DNA of 64,000 nucleotides from Lytechinus pictus. Lineage: Eukaryota. Of this stretch, positions 25,201 through 34,207 are shown one piece after another (position 1 is the first letter of the stretch; each line of letters begins with the position of its first letter). The notes below the pieces were generated by a model, which did not search any database, was not told the origin of the DNA, and saw only the letters and a program-made list of their open reading frames with translations. Both the position numbers and the translations under genes were made by a program. The DNA lies in contig NC_087250.1 in assembly GCF_037042905.1 (NCBI RefSeq), forward strand, positions 18,850,001 to 18,914,000. Direction: 5' to 3'.

Positions 25201-28200
25201 TTAATCCTCGCAAACAAACCGTGTTCTGAATACTTTGCGTCTCTGCATGACTTTTATTTCGCGATTATAGCCAGGCTAATACTCTAAATCCGGTATCAAT
25301 ATATCGCTAATACCCCCGCCTGGTACTATTATCACCAAAAAATAACCCTTTAGAAGTTGTATCCCGTTTGTTAACTATTGTCAAGAAGCCCCCCTTTTGA
25401 ATTTCAGAATACGTATTGAAATCGATGCTTTTGATCTTTCTTTTGAAGCTGAATCATTGAACCGATCGATCGATCGAGCGAGCGGCCGCCGCCAGCTGTA
25501 CACGAGTTTAAATGAATAGCCAATCAACAATGGCATACGTTGCTAGGGGCGGAGCTTAGTATGAAGCGAAATTCGATCAAGTCGAACGTGCCAAGTATCA
25601 GAAATTTTCGAATTGACCGAAAAAAACACTCGCAGAAAAACCGATTTTTTATCATATTCCTATCATCATTTTCACTCATCTTTTTCACAGAGTAATTATG
25701 AAACATGGAAGAATCAGAAAATGAAAAAAAAAAAATCTTCACAATTTTGACTTTTTTATTTGTGTGTCGAATTCCAAGGAATTTTGATTTGCGACTTGTC
25801 TCTCATTTCGGTATGATCGATCACATATATTGGGTCGGACGTGCATATCTGATGGAATTACCCAAATGTTTATGAGTGTAATGGACAGAATACTTCAGGA
25901 GGTGAAAGATGAAATGATCCATTTCATCTTTCACTGAATTAACAATTCTGTCCATTACACGAATAAACAGAACATGCATTATTTGTTTTATACAACACCT
26001 AAAAATAGATTCTTGTCATTTGACATTAATGAATATGGATGCACAATTACATACCGTGCCTGCAGCAGCTGAGAGAGTGTGGGATTGTTGCATACATATG
26101 TGTAACTGTAATACTGCAAACACAAGTGTTTTTATGTGTAGTGCTGGTGGTTTTGGCAAGCGTTTAATGGAGAAAATCATAATGATAAAAAATTGCACAA
26201 TTTTTAGTGGAATTTATCTTAAACTGTTGGCTACTGAATTCTGTAATTCACTTCCAGTAGCCAACAGGTTAAAAGGGGAAGTTCACCCTGAAGAAAAACT
26301 TAAAAAAGAAGAAAAAAAATACTGGTGAAGGTTTTAGGAAAATTCATCAAAGATTTCGAAAGTTATCTAAAAAATTTAAAGTTTTTGATTTGTGACGTCA
26401 TATGCGAGCAGCTGCCCAATATGTTGCATAATATAAAATGCATGTATTTCAATTTTTGAGTGGTTCATGATGACTAACAAAAATTATTTCAGGAACGGGT
26501 GTGAAATAATATGTCTGTTGATATACTGAAGGCTCAATCAAATCCATTTTCAGTTTCTTGAGAAAATAACATTTCATTGATTTTTTTAATTACACGATAT
26601 ATGGGGAAGCTGCTCGCATATGACACCATGAATAAAAAAAACAATAGAATTCTGATAGCTTTTTAATCTTTGATGGGTTTTCATCAAACCTTCAGCATTT
26701 TTACTCTTATTGTCAGAGTGAACTTCCCCTTTAACTTTTTTACCCTCTTATCTTTCATTATAGGTACAAGCATTGCTAGCTGACAAACGAGTAGAAGAAG
26801 CTCTTAACCTTGCCAAGAATTACAGGAAAGCTGGACTGGGGAAGGATAAGTTCATGCAGGTAATGATAACTTCCAAACCCATTCACTAAAAATTAATCAA
26901 AATTGAAAGAACTAAAACCCAAGAAGAGGACCTTTGATTGGGAAGTGTAACGTGAAAGGAGCAATTTAAAACAAGTTACATCAAATTGGTCAGAAAATCA
27001 GATAGTTATGGAAGATTGAAAAGTCTTTCAAGATATTCTATGGGGATCCTCAAATTGGCAAACATGCTTTAAAATTGCTGATTTTGTTGATTCGTGATTT
27101 ATCTTTTTTCAGATGTACAATCGCATACAGCAACAGGCAGGCTTTATTCAGTTTGCACAGCTCAATTTTGCTGACTCCATGGAATTGTTCAAAGAAGCGA
27201 AGCTGGATGTGAGAGAGGTAAGCACTCGGGGAGCAGCTAAAAAAAAATTGTATTACCAAAAACTTTTGTGTCACCAGTTTTCATTTTTCTCTACGTGAAA
27301 TAATGTGCCTAGTAAAATTCAACCACTGTACATCTCTATCCAAGGTCCAAGCTCACCCCCAAAAGATGTCTCAATTTGGATCATAGAAAATGTGAATAAG
27401 CAATAAAATAAAACATTTTTAGTTGTACTTTCTTTCTTATATACATGTAAAGAATCCCAGTGATATGCTTACCTCTGTTCTGTATGTAAAAAAGTAATAA
27501 GTAAGTAAATGAATAAGTAAGCTGGTGTTGTACAAAATTTCAGAGCTGCCAATTAGTACTGATTTCCGTATTTAGTACTGAGAAATGAGAATAATACTGA
27601 TGGTTTCATGCAAAATACTGATTTCTAAAGTTTCAGTTTTGCAGGGTTCCCAGCCCATTAGGGAAATCAGGGAAAAATATTTTTCTTTTTTCCAGTCAGG
27701 AAAAAATCATGGAATTTTGATCAGCCCAAAAGTCGAAACCACGGAAGTCAGTCAGACTCTGTTATGTTTTGTTGCATATCAAAACGACATCCATTGAATG
27801 ACTGGTTATGGTGGTACTAATTAGGTTTACCTTATTGTTTAATACTGAAAATACATGTAATTCCCTGCAACTTACTGCATCTTAGAAAATGTGCAAAACT
27901 GGGAATGGGTGTAAATAATTATTAGGGAATTTTTAAACTTCATGAGGGAAAAATCAGGGAATTTGGTTTTCTTAAAGGGGAATCCAACCCAAATAAAAAC
28001 TTGTTTTTATAAGGGAAAGAAAAATCAGACAAGTTGATAGGTGAAAGTTTGAACAATATTGGACAAACAACAAGAAATATATGAATTTTTTAAAGTTGTA
28101 AATATTGGTAATCACTATACCCATGGAGACTTCAAATTGGCCGCATATGGGAAGTCATAGTGATGTAAGGCAAGGACTACTCTTCCATGTACTCCAATAC

Positions 28201-31200
28201 ATATTATGGCTAAAATGTAATTTTCCCCAAAAGTTTTATTTCAAATTATATTTTTCTTTCACGAGGACCTAAAAAAATATACTACCTGGGTTATATTTAG
28301 ATTACTGCCCCAGGGGAATTGGTACTTAGGAGAAAACCACAAATCCCTGATAATAAAGTACATGGCCTATGGGAAAGTTGTCCTTGCCCCTTGTCATAAT
28401 TTACTTATCCAGTTGCCAATTTGAAATCTACATAGTATTAGTGATCTCAATTTTAAAGCAGCTATAACTTTCTTATCGCTTGTCCGATTTCTTTCAAACT
28501 TTCACCATTCTGTTAAATTTATTTTTCTCCTTCCAAACACAACATTTTATGACCAAGGTTGGATTCCCCTTTAAAAAGCTGGGAACCCTGTTTTGTGTGT
28601 TGTCTTATGGCATTTCTTTGAAAATACTTATTTCCTAACTAAAATACTGAAATGTTTTTGATCAGGATGGCAGCTCTGATTTTTTTTTACCTGGAATCTG
28701 GAAAAAGCAGTTAGAAGGTAGAAAAATATTATTAATTCATTTTTTTTTCAATGGAATAGTTGATCTGTCTCTACCCAAACCTGCTGCCTTCCAACTCCAA
28801 CTTCCACCGAGCGATTCCTCCGCTTCACGACTTTGCCGATATTAGCCAGGTTGTGAGAGGAAAGCCTGACAAGGCGGCAGAGTGTAAGCAGTTTCTCATG
28901 GACTTTCTTGAGGACGTGAGGGAGACTGACCTAGCAGTGGGAATGAAACTGGTAAGGTGGTGTAGAAAGTAAGCGCATTGTTATCATCGGGTTTGTAATG
29001 GAATGGAGTCTAATTTTTATGCCCCCGCAGACGAAGTCCGGAGGGGGCATTAAGCATTGCTCCTGTCCGTCCGTCCCCCCACTTGGTTTCCGCGCAATAA
29101 CTCAAAAAATATTGAACGGATTTTTAAAAATGTTGGTGTGTAGGTAGATGAAACCAAAATACAGGCTAAATTTGAATTCGGAGTCCGTAGGTCAAAGGTC
29201 ACAGCTCATTAAATATGCGAGTTGGTTTTTGCGCAATAACTTGAGAAATATTTTGGGCCTTAGAATTAGTTTTGTTTAATAAAAAAAATGATATCCTCTC
29301 CATTGTTTATTTCTCTTTTCATCCCTCCTGCTTTCCTTTGTTTGACACTTTCTTAATCTCTTCCTCTCTCTTTTACTCTCTTTTTCTCCATCTGTTTCTC
29401 ATATAATGAAGCTCTATGCTGAATCTAACCCAATCAAATAAAAATACTTTCATTTGTTTCCTCTCTCCTTTTCTCTCTCTCTCCATTTGTTTCTCATATT
29501 AGGAGGTTGATACTGCCCTAATAAAGCTTTACACCAAATCAAACCCATCCATATTAATTACTTATGTTTCTCTCATTCTATCTCCTTTCCTCTCTTTCTC
29601 TCTCCATTCTTTTCCTTTACATTAGGAGGTAGATACAGCTCTAATGAAGCTCTACGCCGAGTCCAACCCACCCAAGTTAATTACCCTCATCTCAAGTGAG
29701 AACTCGGTCGATCCTGAAGACAGTCGGGACTACCTTCATCGATTCGGTCGCCATCATGCTCTGGCGCTTCTCCACAAGTACCAAGGGGACAGTGAACAGG
29801 CTATGGTAATATGGTCAAGGTACAGTGTAATGTCTTTCACTGTAGTTAAAGGTACATGTTAATGAATGAAGTTGTTGCACACACTGACTTCATGGGAAAG
29901 TCTATAATATCAAGGTCAAATTGGCTTCACATGATCTTAGATCTGGGTCCCTTCTTACAAAGAGTTAAGATTTATCCAATCAATCGCAATTCTATGGAAG
30001 TCCATCAGTATCATAATATTTTCTACAAGAAGAGATGCACCTTGAATTTTCCAAAAAACAATGAATGTATGAATATACATCATAGTTAGAAATTATTTTG
30101 AACAAACATGCATATTACATGTTGACATTGCTGGCCGTCCATAGTCGTGATTGATCGAATCAATCGCAACTCTTCGTAAGACGGGGCCCTGATCTAGATT
30201 TGGTTTAGTTACATAAACCTAACTTTTTGAAATCCTGAAATCTAAGCTGAAAAACAATCACCCTGAAGATCACCAACACAGATAAGCACATGCGGGGTAA
30301 TGTATAATTATTGCTCGGAAAAAGACCCAACATTTGGCTCGAATGACATGCTTGTTTAGTAAATTTCTATTAAAGCAATTACACATTTTCTACCCCAAAA
30401 TCAATTGGTACATAATTTTTCATTTATAATTATAAACACTTTGGTGTTCAGTCTTTTCGTGTGCACCTTGGAATATGATATTTCTAGATAGAGAGAGCTT
30501 TATTTATATGCCTATTAATATTATTAATATTATCATTAATGAATGTAACAGGAATTAATTCTTGTAACAAAAATATGTACTTGTCACATTTCATTATCAC
30601 CATTACTAAACGATGTTTCATGTATTGGTTTGTTGGCTCAGTTGGTAGAACGTCCGTCTCACAAGCGGGAGGTCATGGGTTCAAACCCCAGGTGCGTCAG
30701 ACCAAAAGACATAAAAAGATGGAAGTTGCTGCTACCCTGTTTGGCATTCAACAATCAAAGGGATAGAGCCTCGTCGATCTGGCGCTGCACAGTGGCTGCC
30801 GGGCCCACAATCAATTGGGCAAAACAAATTTTCAGAGTATTTCATTTCTGGTGTCTATTTCGAGCAATAAAATATGGATTTTTTAAATTATGTTTTTATC
30901 TTCATAAACTATTTTAGGTTAGTAGATGGTGACATTGCTGATGAGACCTTCCCTGGACTAGGATATGTGATTGATTTCTTATCGAGGTAAATAAATTCAA
31001 TTTCAACACCTTTCTTCTTGTATTAATGTACATTGTGTACCAGAATAAACAAAACTGAGAATCAATGATTTATGATCAGGGTACTAATGATAATTACAAT
31101 GTTAAGCACTTAGAAACACAACGTATCAATCGCTATATAAATGTAACAATTATTATAACTTAATTATAACTAATAATAGATGATTTATGACTGTAAAGCT

Positions 31201-33588
31201 TAGAGTCTTGTCTTTCATCTGGTATATCTAAATACATGGTTGTTCATCAGGCATTTTTTTATTTGGTGGGGGGGGGGCTACTTTTCACAGCCTACTGCCT
31301 AAATCTGATGCATTGGATAAGCTTAAACATTGCAGTAAACAGGGATGTTCAAGGGCTCTTTTCAGCCTTTGCCTCAAGCCCCCATGTAGTTGTTTCCTTG
31401 TTATTTGTCCAGGCATTAGTGAGTGAGAAAAAAATTATCTGGAGAAGGGATACTGAAAAGTCATTTGGCAGACTGCATCCGAAAGAAGAAAAAAAATGTT
31501 AAGAAAATTATATATCTACTCTTTGATACGATACCCCAAAGATAATAACCAAGGATTAAAGGGGAGCATTTCATGAAAGGACTTGTCAGACGTTTTATCC
31601 GACAAGTACTGCTTTATCCGACAGTTACAGTGGTAACAGTGCCTCTCAGCCAATCATAATCAAGGAAATGCGTCAGAGCTGACAACTTGTTATATGCAAA
31701 ATGTTGATGAAACGCTCCCGTTTCTGTAAAAATAATGCTCAGAATTTTTATTATTTCATTGAACATATGCATTTTTTCATTGTTTGCCTACCATAGCTAT
31801 CACATCATTTACAAAAGACTTATGTCTGACTGATCATTATTAAACAAACAAAAAAAATGTTGAGTAAATCTGACAAGTAGCAAATGTCTTCATTTGAAAT
31901 TCAAGCATTATTTGAAAAAAATAGAACTTTGTCATTCATTGATAATTCTAAAGTATGTATTACTAATCATTGTAAAACATTGATGAATTTGTACATATTT
32001 ATACAATTGGGCAGTGTCATAAACTAAAGCAACCAGTTGGTTCATTTTTATTTCACTCCACAATTACCCAAGATATGATAATTTCTGTCAGAGCATTTCA
32101 ACTTATTAAATGAATTAGAAAACAAAGAAGAATCATTTCAGGAAAACCCAACGCATACAGAGGTCAGACTTACATCCACGTGGAGTGTCTTGGCCCAGTG
32201 GATTAGTCTTCTGACTTTGAAACAGAGGGTCGTGGGTTCAAATCCCAGCCATGGCGTGATTTCCTTTGGCAAGAAATCATTCCACATTGTGCTGCACTCA
32301 ACCCAGGTGAGGTTAATCAGTACCTGGTAGGAATTTATTCCTTGAAATGCTACCGCGCTGTAAAAGGCTGCAGGGCTAAAGCCAGGGTAATATCCAATTT
32401 AGCGCATAGGGACACTTTTGGCAGTGATATGTGCTATGTAAGCATGTTGATATTATTATTTTTATGCATGTCATGGAATTTGTGAATTACTATCTCTTTT
32501 ACAGTTTATCAGATCATGAATTAGTATGGAGGTATGTGGACTGGGTCATGAGAAAGGAACCGGAGAATGCAACCAAGGTATAAAACAATTGTTTTAAATC
32601 ACTCCTGGTGGTTTGGTGTTGGTGGCGGTTGTAAGAGTGATGGTGATGATGAAGGTGATAATTAACTCTTTGTGCGCTGGGCCGTGAACCCCTCTGTGCT
32701 GAATTATTTTTAGAGAGGGATCAGGAACGGTAAATGAACTGGACTTGCTCAATTCCACTCGCTATAAATTTTCACTGCAACATTTTGAGGGGAAATGATT
32801 CACAGCAAAGTTGTAGAGAATTCACAAGCTTTCTGGCTATGAAATATTTTTTTGGAAAATAGTGATTAGAAATTTCGTAAATGAAGCCTACATGTAATTT
32901 CACACATTATGGTATAAAAGGATAAATACAATGGATTGTTTCTTTGAGTGTGCATTCCGAAGTTCGTGCGGCACAGATTGTGCATTGGTGCGAAGTACAC
33001 GTGGAAGGGGTTAAACTCACATTCAAGGCAATGAATAACGATTTTCGCTCCCACGGTGCACAACAAATTCGCGAACATAGAGAACGTATTGTCAAATACC
33101 CTTCATGACAAAGAGCAACCAAGAAGTCTTTGTAAAAAATGGGTGAATCAAAACAGCAGTTTCATCCTCGACAGACGACATAATTGCAATTTTTTGTCTA
33201 CTGGGAAACAAAGGACGGAACTGCTGTTCCTTTTCACCAAATTTCAGCAAAGACCTCCCAGCTGTGTTTTGTCAATCGACAGGCATTTTCAGTACATTTG
33301 CTGTGTTCTTAGATTCATCCTGCGTATTGGTAGTGAAAACTCCCTATTCTCATACAGAACAGTAATAAGTATAAAATAACAGAAGCAAAAGATGATATAA
33401 TCCTACATACATATTTTTTATGAATTAAGTTGACATTTCATTGATAATTTCAGATATTCACTGATAGACCAGAGAATGAACCTGTCAGTGAGAGAATGAG
33501 ACCAGATGTTATTATTGACTATCTTCATGCCTATCCCACCGCTGTCATCAGATATCTTGAGCACCTAGTCTTCGTCAAGAAAATGGAG
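9659..33588 (+). CDS. TGFBRAP1: TGF-beta receptor-associated protein 1 (Vps3/TRAP1, CORVET subunit; CNH domain plus Vps39/clathrin-repeat region); 17 coding exons, 603 codons in window, 3' part not found
   Basis: The spliced translation matches human TGFBRAP1 as recalled (MSVKAFELVPAVER, IECIECCGKNLYIGT, EEFLLAGPGALGMF, LDQQQKQTIPF, QQAGFIQFAQL, YLEHLV). All introns are GT-AG and exon phases chain without frameshift. Confidence 0.95.
10195..10247 (+). CDS. TGFBRAP1: TGFBRAP1 coding exon 2 (IECIECCGKNLYIGTSD)
   Basis: tttcctatag acceptor, GTAAGA donor, 53 nt. Confidence 0.93.
10280..10740 (-). mobile_element. 3' remnant of an L2-clade LINE
   Basis: Minus-strand peptide RIIFKILLL..INGSAPQY..RSLRSS..WGVWAFAHAVPVLVNDLP..FKHYLKTRLF is typical of L2 ORF2 C-termini; followed by a short 3'UTR and (TTA)n tail. 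Confidence 0.8.
11214..11521. mobile_element. PIF/Harbinger-type MITE (GGCCCGTATTCTGAAGT family)
   Basis: TIR GGTCCGTATTCTGAAGTCGGG / CCTGACTTCAGAATAAGGGCC, 3-bp TSD ATA; other copies 46935-47238 and 60590-61295. Confidence 0.8.
11648..13154. mobile_element. 1.5-kb non-autonomous hAT-type element with internal ~110-bp tandem repeats
   Basis: TIR CAGTGGCGTA / TACGCCACTG, perfect 8-bp TSD CTGTCTGA; repeated GCGAGCGCGAAGCGCGAGCTGAAA motif; no transposase ORF. Confidence 0.9.
13464..13557 (+). CDS. TGFBRAP1: TGFBRAP1 coding exon 3 (CFVIHYLIEEK...HKYLAV)
   Basis: ttcttcag acceptor, GTATGT donor, 94 nt restores phase 0. Confidence 0.92.
14206..14304 (+). CDS. TGFBRAP1: TGFBRAP1 coding exon 4 (RKPIQQLQAASALTRILVLCDN...FNLE)
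   Basis: ttacag acceptor, GTATAT donor, 99 nt. Confidence 0.92.
14434..14736 (-). mobile_element. tRNA-derived SINE (family A)
   Basis: Minus strand: GGTCTAGTGG A-box-like, GGTTCGAATCC B box, core GCTGCACTCGACCCAGGTG..AAATGGGTACC, (TTA)n tail; copies at 20839, 32180, 40098. Confidence 0.85.
15287..15316 (+). CDS. TGFBRAP1: TGFBRAP1 coding exon 5, 30-nt microexon (PILSGAKIKG)
   Basis: Long pyrimidine tract plus ctag acceptor, GTGAGT donor; fills the gap matching human PVPSGARIKG as recalled. Confidence 0.9.
15769..16340. repeat. Compound (AGT)n/(GTAGT)n microsatellite with a duplicated ~60-bp interruption
   Basis: Direct reading; source of the poly-S and poly-V ORFs. Confidence 0.95.
16402..16458 (+). 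CDS. TGFBRAP1: TGFBRAP1 coding exon 6 (VTSFCVNENPRSGSPFSVE)
   Basis: ttcaaag acceptor, GTATGT donor, 57 nt. Confidence 0.9.
16476..17295. mobile_element. Left part of a Kolobok-type (TTAA|AGGGG) MITE, interrupted by a nested element
   Basis: Resembles 26273-26730; host sequence TGTGATGTCATAT|AGGAGCTGCTGC is split by the insertion. Confidence 0.6.
16614..17269. mobile_element. MITE with ~28-bp TIRs and 4-bp ATAT TSD (Sola1-like signature)
   Basis: CGTCAGTGTTCATCCGAACCGTCGTATC / GATACGACGGTTCGGATGACCGCCGACG, ATAT on both flanks; internal inverted repeat 16835-16978. Confidence 0.8.
17441..17545 (+). CDS. TGFBRAP1: TGFBRAP1 coding exon 7 (IAVATKRRLVQVYSVTEDK...SVNI)
   Basis: aatcag acceptor, GTGAGT donor, 105 nt. 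Confidence 0.9.
17557..17767. repeat. (GAT)n microsatellite
   Basis: Direct reading; source of the poly-D, poly-H and poly-I ORFs. Confidence 0.95.
17958..18092 (+). CDS. TGFBRAP1: TGFBRAP1 coding exon 8 (GIDSFCVCVALSNQY...PVIKRVGR)
   Basis: ccgtag acceptor, GTAGGT donor, 135 nt. Confidence 0.92.
18108..18236. mobile_element. Harbinger-type MITE with CAG TSD; partial second copy from ~18285
   Basis: GGCCCCGTTATATAAAG / CTTTATGTTACGGGTC flanked by CAG. Confidence 0.6.
18470..20195 (+). mobile_element. Truncated, decayed CR1/L2-group LINE ORF2 (reverse transcriptase pseudogene)
   Basis: Motifs KPWMN, LRPIALTS, GVPQGTKLGPILFLIMIND, KYVDDLT, LNASKC, YVRPVLEYC, LESRR; in-frame stops at 19089 and 19678 and frameshifts; no endonuclease domain or tail. 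Confidence 0.9.
20219..20488. mobile_element. Harbinger-type MITE with CWG TSD; second copy 29946-30188
   Basis: Perfect 21-bp TIR GGCCCCGTCTTACAAAGAGTT; CAG/CTG flanks; inserted in the GTCAGATCTGAC of another MITE remnant. Confidence 0.85.
20613..20773 (+). CDS. TGFBRAP1: TGFBRAP1 coding exon 9 (EEFLLAGPGALGMF...ALDDEFLTVH)
   Basis: gtag acceptor, GTAAAA donor, 161 nt. Confidence 0.93.
20839..21070 (+). mobile_element. Degenerate tRNA-derived SINE (family A)
   Basis: GAATCCCAGCCATGG..GCAAGAAAT..GTGCTGCACTCAACCCAGGTG. Confidence 0.7.
22077..22209 (+). CDS. TGFBRAP1: TGFBRAP1 coding exon 10 (SVLDQQQKQTIPF...PLPVEKQ)
   Basis: caacag acceptor, GTAAGT donor, 133 nt. Confidence 0.94.
23400..23530 (-). 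mobile_element. tRNA-derived SINE (family B), internally deleted
   Basis: Minus strand GTGTCGTGGCCGAGTAATCCAAGGTGCCTGACTATACAT..; tail matches 23695-23770. Confidence 0.7.
23583..23770 (+). mobile_element. tRNA-derived SINE (family B)
   Basis: A box TGGCCGAGTGG, B box GGTTCGATCCC, acceptor-stem-like GTGCCG..CGGCAC, non-tRNA body and A-rich tail. Confidence 0.75.
23930..24720. repeat. Purine-rich low-complexity tract (other polypyrimidine tracts at 33650-34200 and 38680-39250)
   Basis: Direct reading; source of the 325-aa F/S/L ORF. Confidence 0.9.
26273..26730. mobile_element. Kolobok-type MITE
   Basis: TTAA TSD; AGGGGAAGTTCAC / GTGAACTTCCCCT termini; long internal symmetry. Confidence 0.8.
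26764..26859 (+). CDS. TGFBRAP1: TGFBRAP1 coding exon 11 (VQALLADKRVEEALNLAK...DKFMQ)
   Basis: ttatag acceptor, GTAATG donor, 96 nt. Confidence 0.93.
27113..27217 (+). CDS. TGFBRAP1: TGFBRAP1 coding exon 12 (MYNRIQQQAGFIQFAQL...LDVRE)
   Basis: ttttcag acceptor, GTAAGC donor, 105 nt. Confidence 0.94.
27642..28590. mobile_element. Middle MITE of a triple nest
   Basis: Perfect 13-bp TIR CAGGGTTCCCAGC; TTTTG on both flanks. Confidence 0.8.
27976..28570. mobile_element. Inner Kolobok-type MITE of a triple nest
   Basis: TTAA TSD; TIR AGGGGAATCCAACC / GGTTGGATTCCCCT. Confidence 0.85.
28760..28951 (+). CDS. TGFBRAP1: TGFBRAP1 coding exon 13 (LICLYPNLLP...PPLHDFAD...VGMKL)
   Basis: aatag acceptor, GTAAGG donor, 192 nt. 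Confidence 0.93.
29013..29250 (+). mobile_element. 5' fragment of a Helentron-associated (HINE/DINE-like) element
   Basis: TTTTT-ATGCCCCC..GGGGGCAT inverted repeat followed by (GTCC)n and tandem internal repeats. Confidence 0.6.
29626..29819 (+). CDS. TGFBRAP1: TGFBRAP1 coding exon 14 (EVDTALMKLYAE...AMVIWS)
   Basis: cattag acceptor, GTACAG donor, 194 nt. Confidence 0.92.
29946..30188. mobile_element. Harbinger-type MITE (same family as 20219), next to a remnant of the 60645 family (30190-30450)
   Basis: CTG TSD; TIR GG(T/C)CCC(T/G)TCTTAC. Confidence 0.8.
30626..30890 (+). mobile_element. tRNA-derived SINE (family C)
   Basis: TGGCTCAGTTGGTAGA A box, GGTTCAAACCC B box, body GTCAGACCAAAAGAC..GCTGCTACCCTGTTTGGC; ends ~30 bp before the exon 15 acceptor. 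Confidence 0.75.
30918..30986 (+). CDS. TGFBRAP1: TGFBRAP1 coding exon 15 (LVDGDIADETFPGLGYVIDFLS)
   Basis: ttttag acceptor, GTAAAT donor, 69 nt. Confidence 0.9.
31561..31719. mobile_element. Harbinger-type MITE (GGGAGCGTTTCAT family)
   Basis: Same sequence as 37253-37409 and 55044-55200 in reverse orientation. Confidence 0.8.
32180..32462 (+). mobile_element. tRNA-derived SINE (family A)
   Basis: TGGCCCAGTGG A box, GGTTCAAATCC B box, shared core, (TTA)n tail. Confidence 0.85.
32505..32577 (+). CDS. TGFBRAP1: TGFBRAP1 coding exon 16 (LSDHELVWRYVDWVMRKEPENATK)
   Basis: tttacag acceptor, GTATAA donor, 73 nt. Confidence 0.92.
33454..33588 (+). CDS. TGFBRAP1: TGFBRAP1 coding exon 17 (IFTDRPE...YLEHLVFVKKME), last exon found
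   Basis: tttcag acceptor, GTAAGT donor, 135 nt. Confidence 0.93.
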
Positions 33589-34207
33589 GTAAGTCGTGAA
33601 ATGAAATATATTTAGTGATGATAATTTTTGGGGTAAAGGGCAATAATCTCTTTATTCTTCTCTCCCCCATTTTTGTTAATCCTACTTTTCTTTGTCTTAA
33701 TCTCTCAAAATGTGATTCTTATTTCCTTCAATTTCCCATATTCCTTTAATTCCTTTCATCCTCCTTTTTTCCTCCCCTTGTTTACTTCACTTTCCTTCTG
33801 CAATTTTCCTTTCGTTGACTCTCCATATTTATATATTTTCTTTTGATTGCTTAATGTTTCCTTTATCTCTTCATCTCTCTCATTTCCCTTTATCCTTCTG
33901 TCCTCTGTCTCTCTCTGCCAGAATATGTCTTGTTCCTTCTTCTATTTCCTTTCCCCCTTCTATTTTCCCATGTCTCATTCTCTCTTCATTTTCCTTTATC
34001 CCTCTTTATTTTATTTTCTCTCCTTGCCTTTCCGAGTTGTTGAAACGGTCCCTTATCTCTCCATCTGTCTTTAATTTCTCCCTCTCATTTCTCTTTGTCT
34101 TTCTTTTATTTTCTGCATCATCGCCTCTCAGAATTTGTATCCATTTTACCTTCAATTTCGTATCTCCCTTCTATTTCTTTCATGTCTCCCTTCTATATTC
34201 CATAAAT

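Larger units (their letters stand above)
22266..25824. mobile_element. 3.56-kb non-autonomous DNA transposon, ~30-bp TIRs, ATAT TSD (Sola1-like signature)
   Basis: GTGACTCGTCATACCGAAATGAGAGACAACTCG / CGACTTGTCTCTCATTTCGGTATGATCGATCAC; ATAT on both sides; no transposase ORF. Confidence 0.8.
27541..28678. mobile_element. Outer MITE of a triple nest
   Basis: TIR CAGAGCTGCCA / TGGCAGCTCTG; AATACTGA repeats on both sides of the insert; ATTT flanks. Confidence 0.75.
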
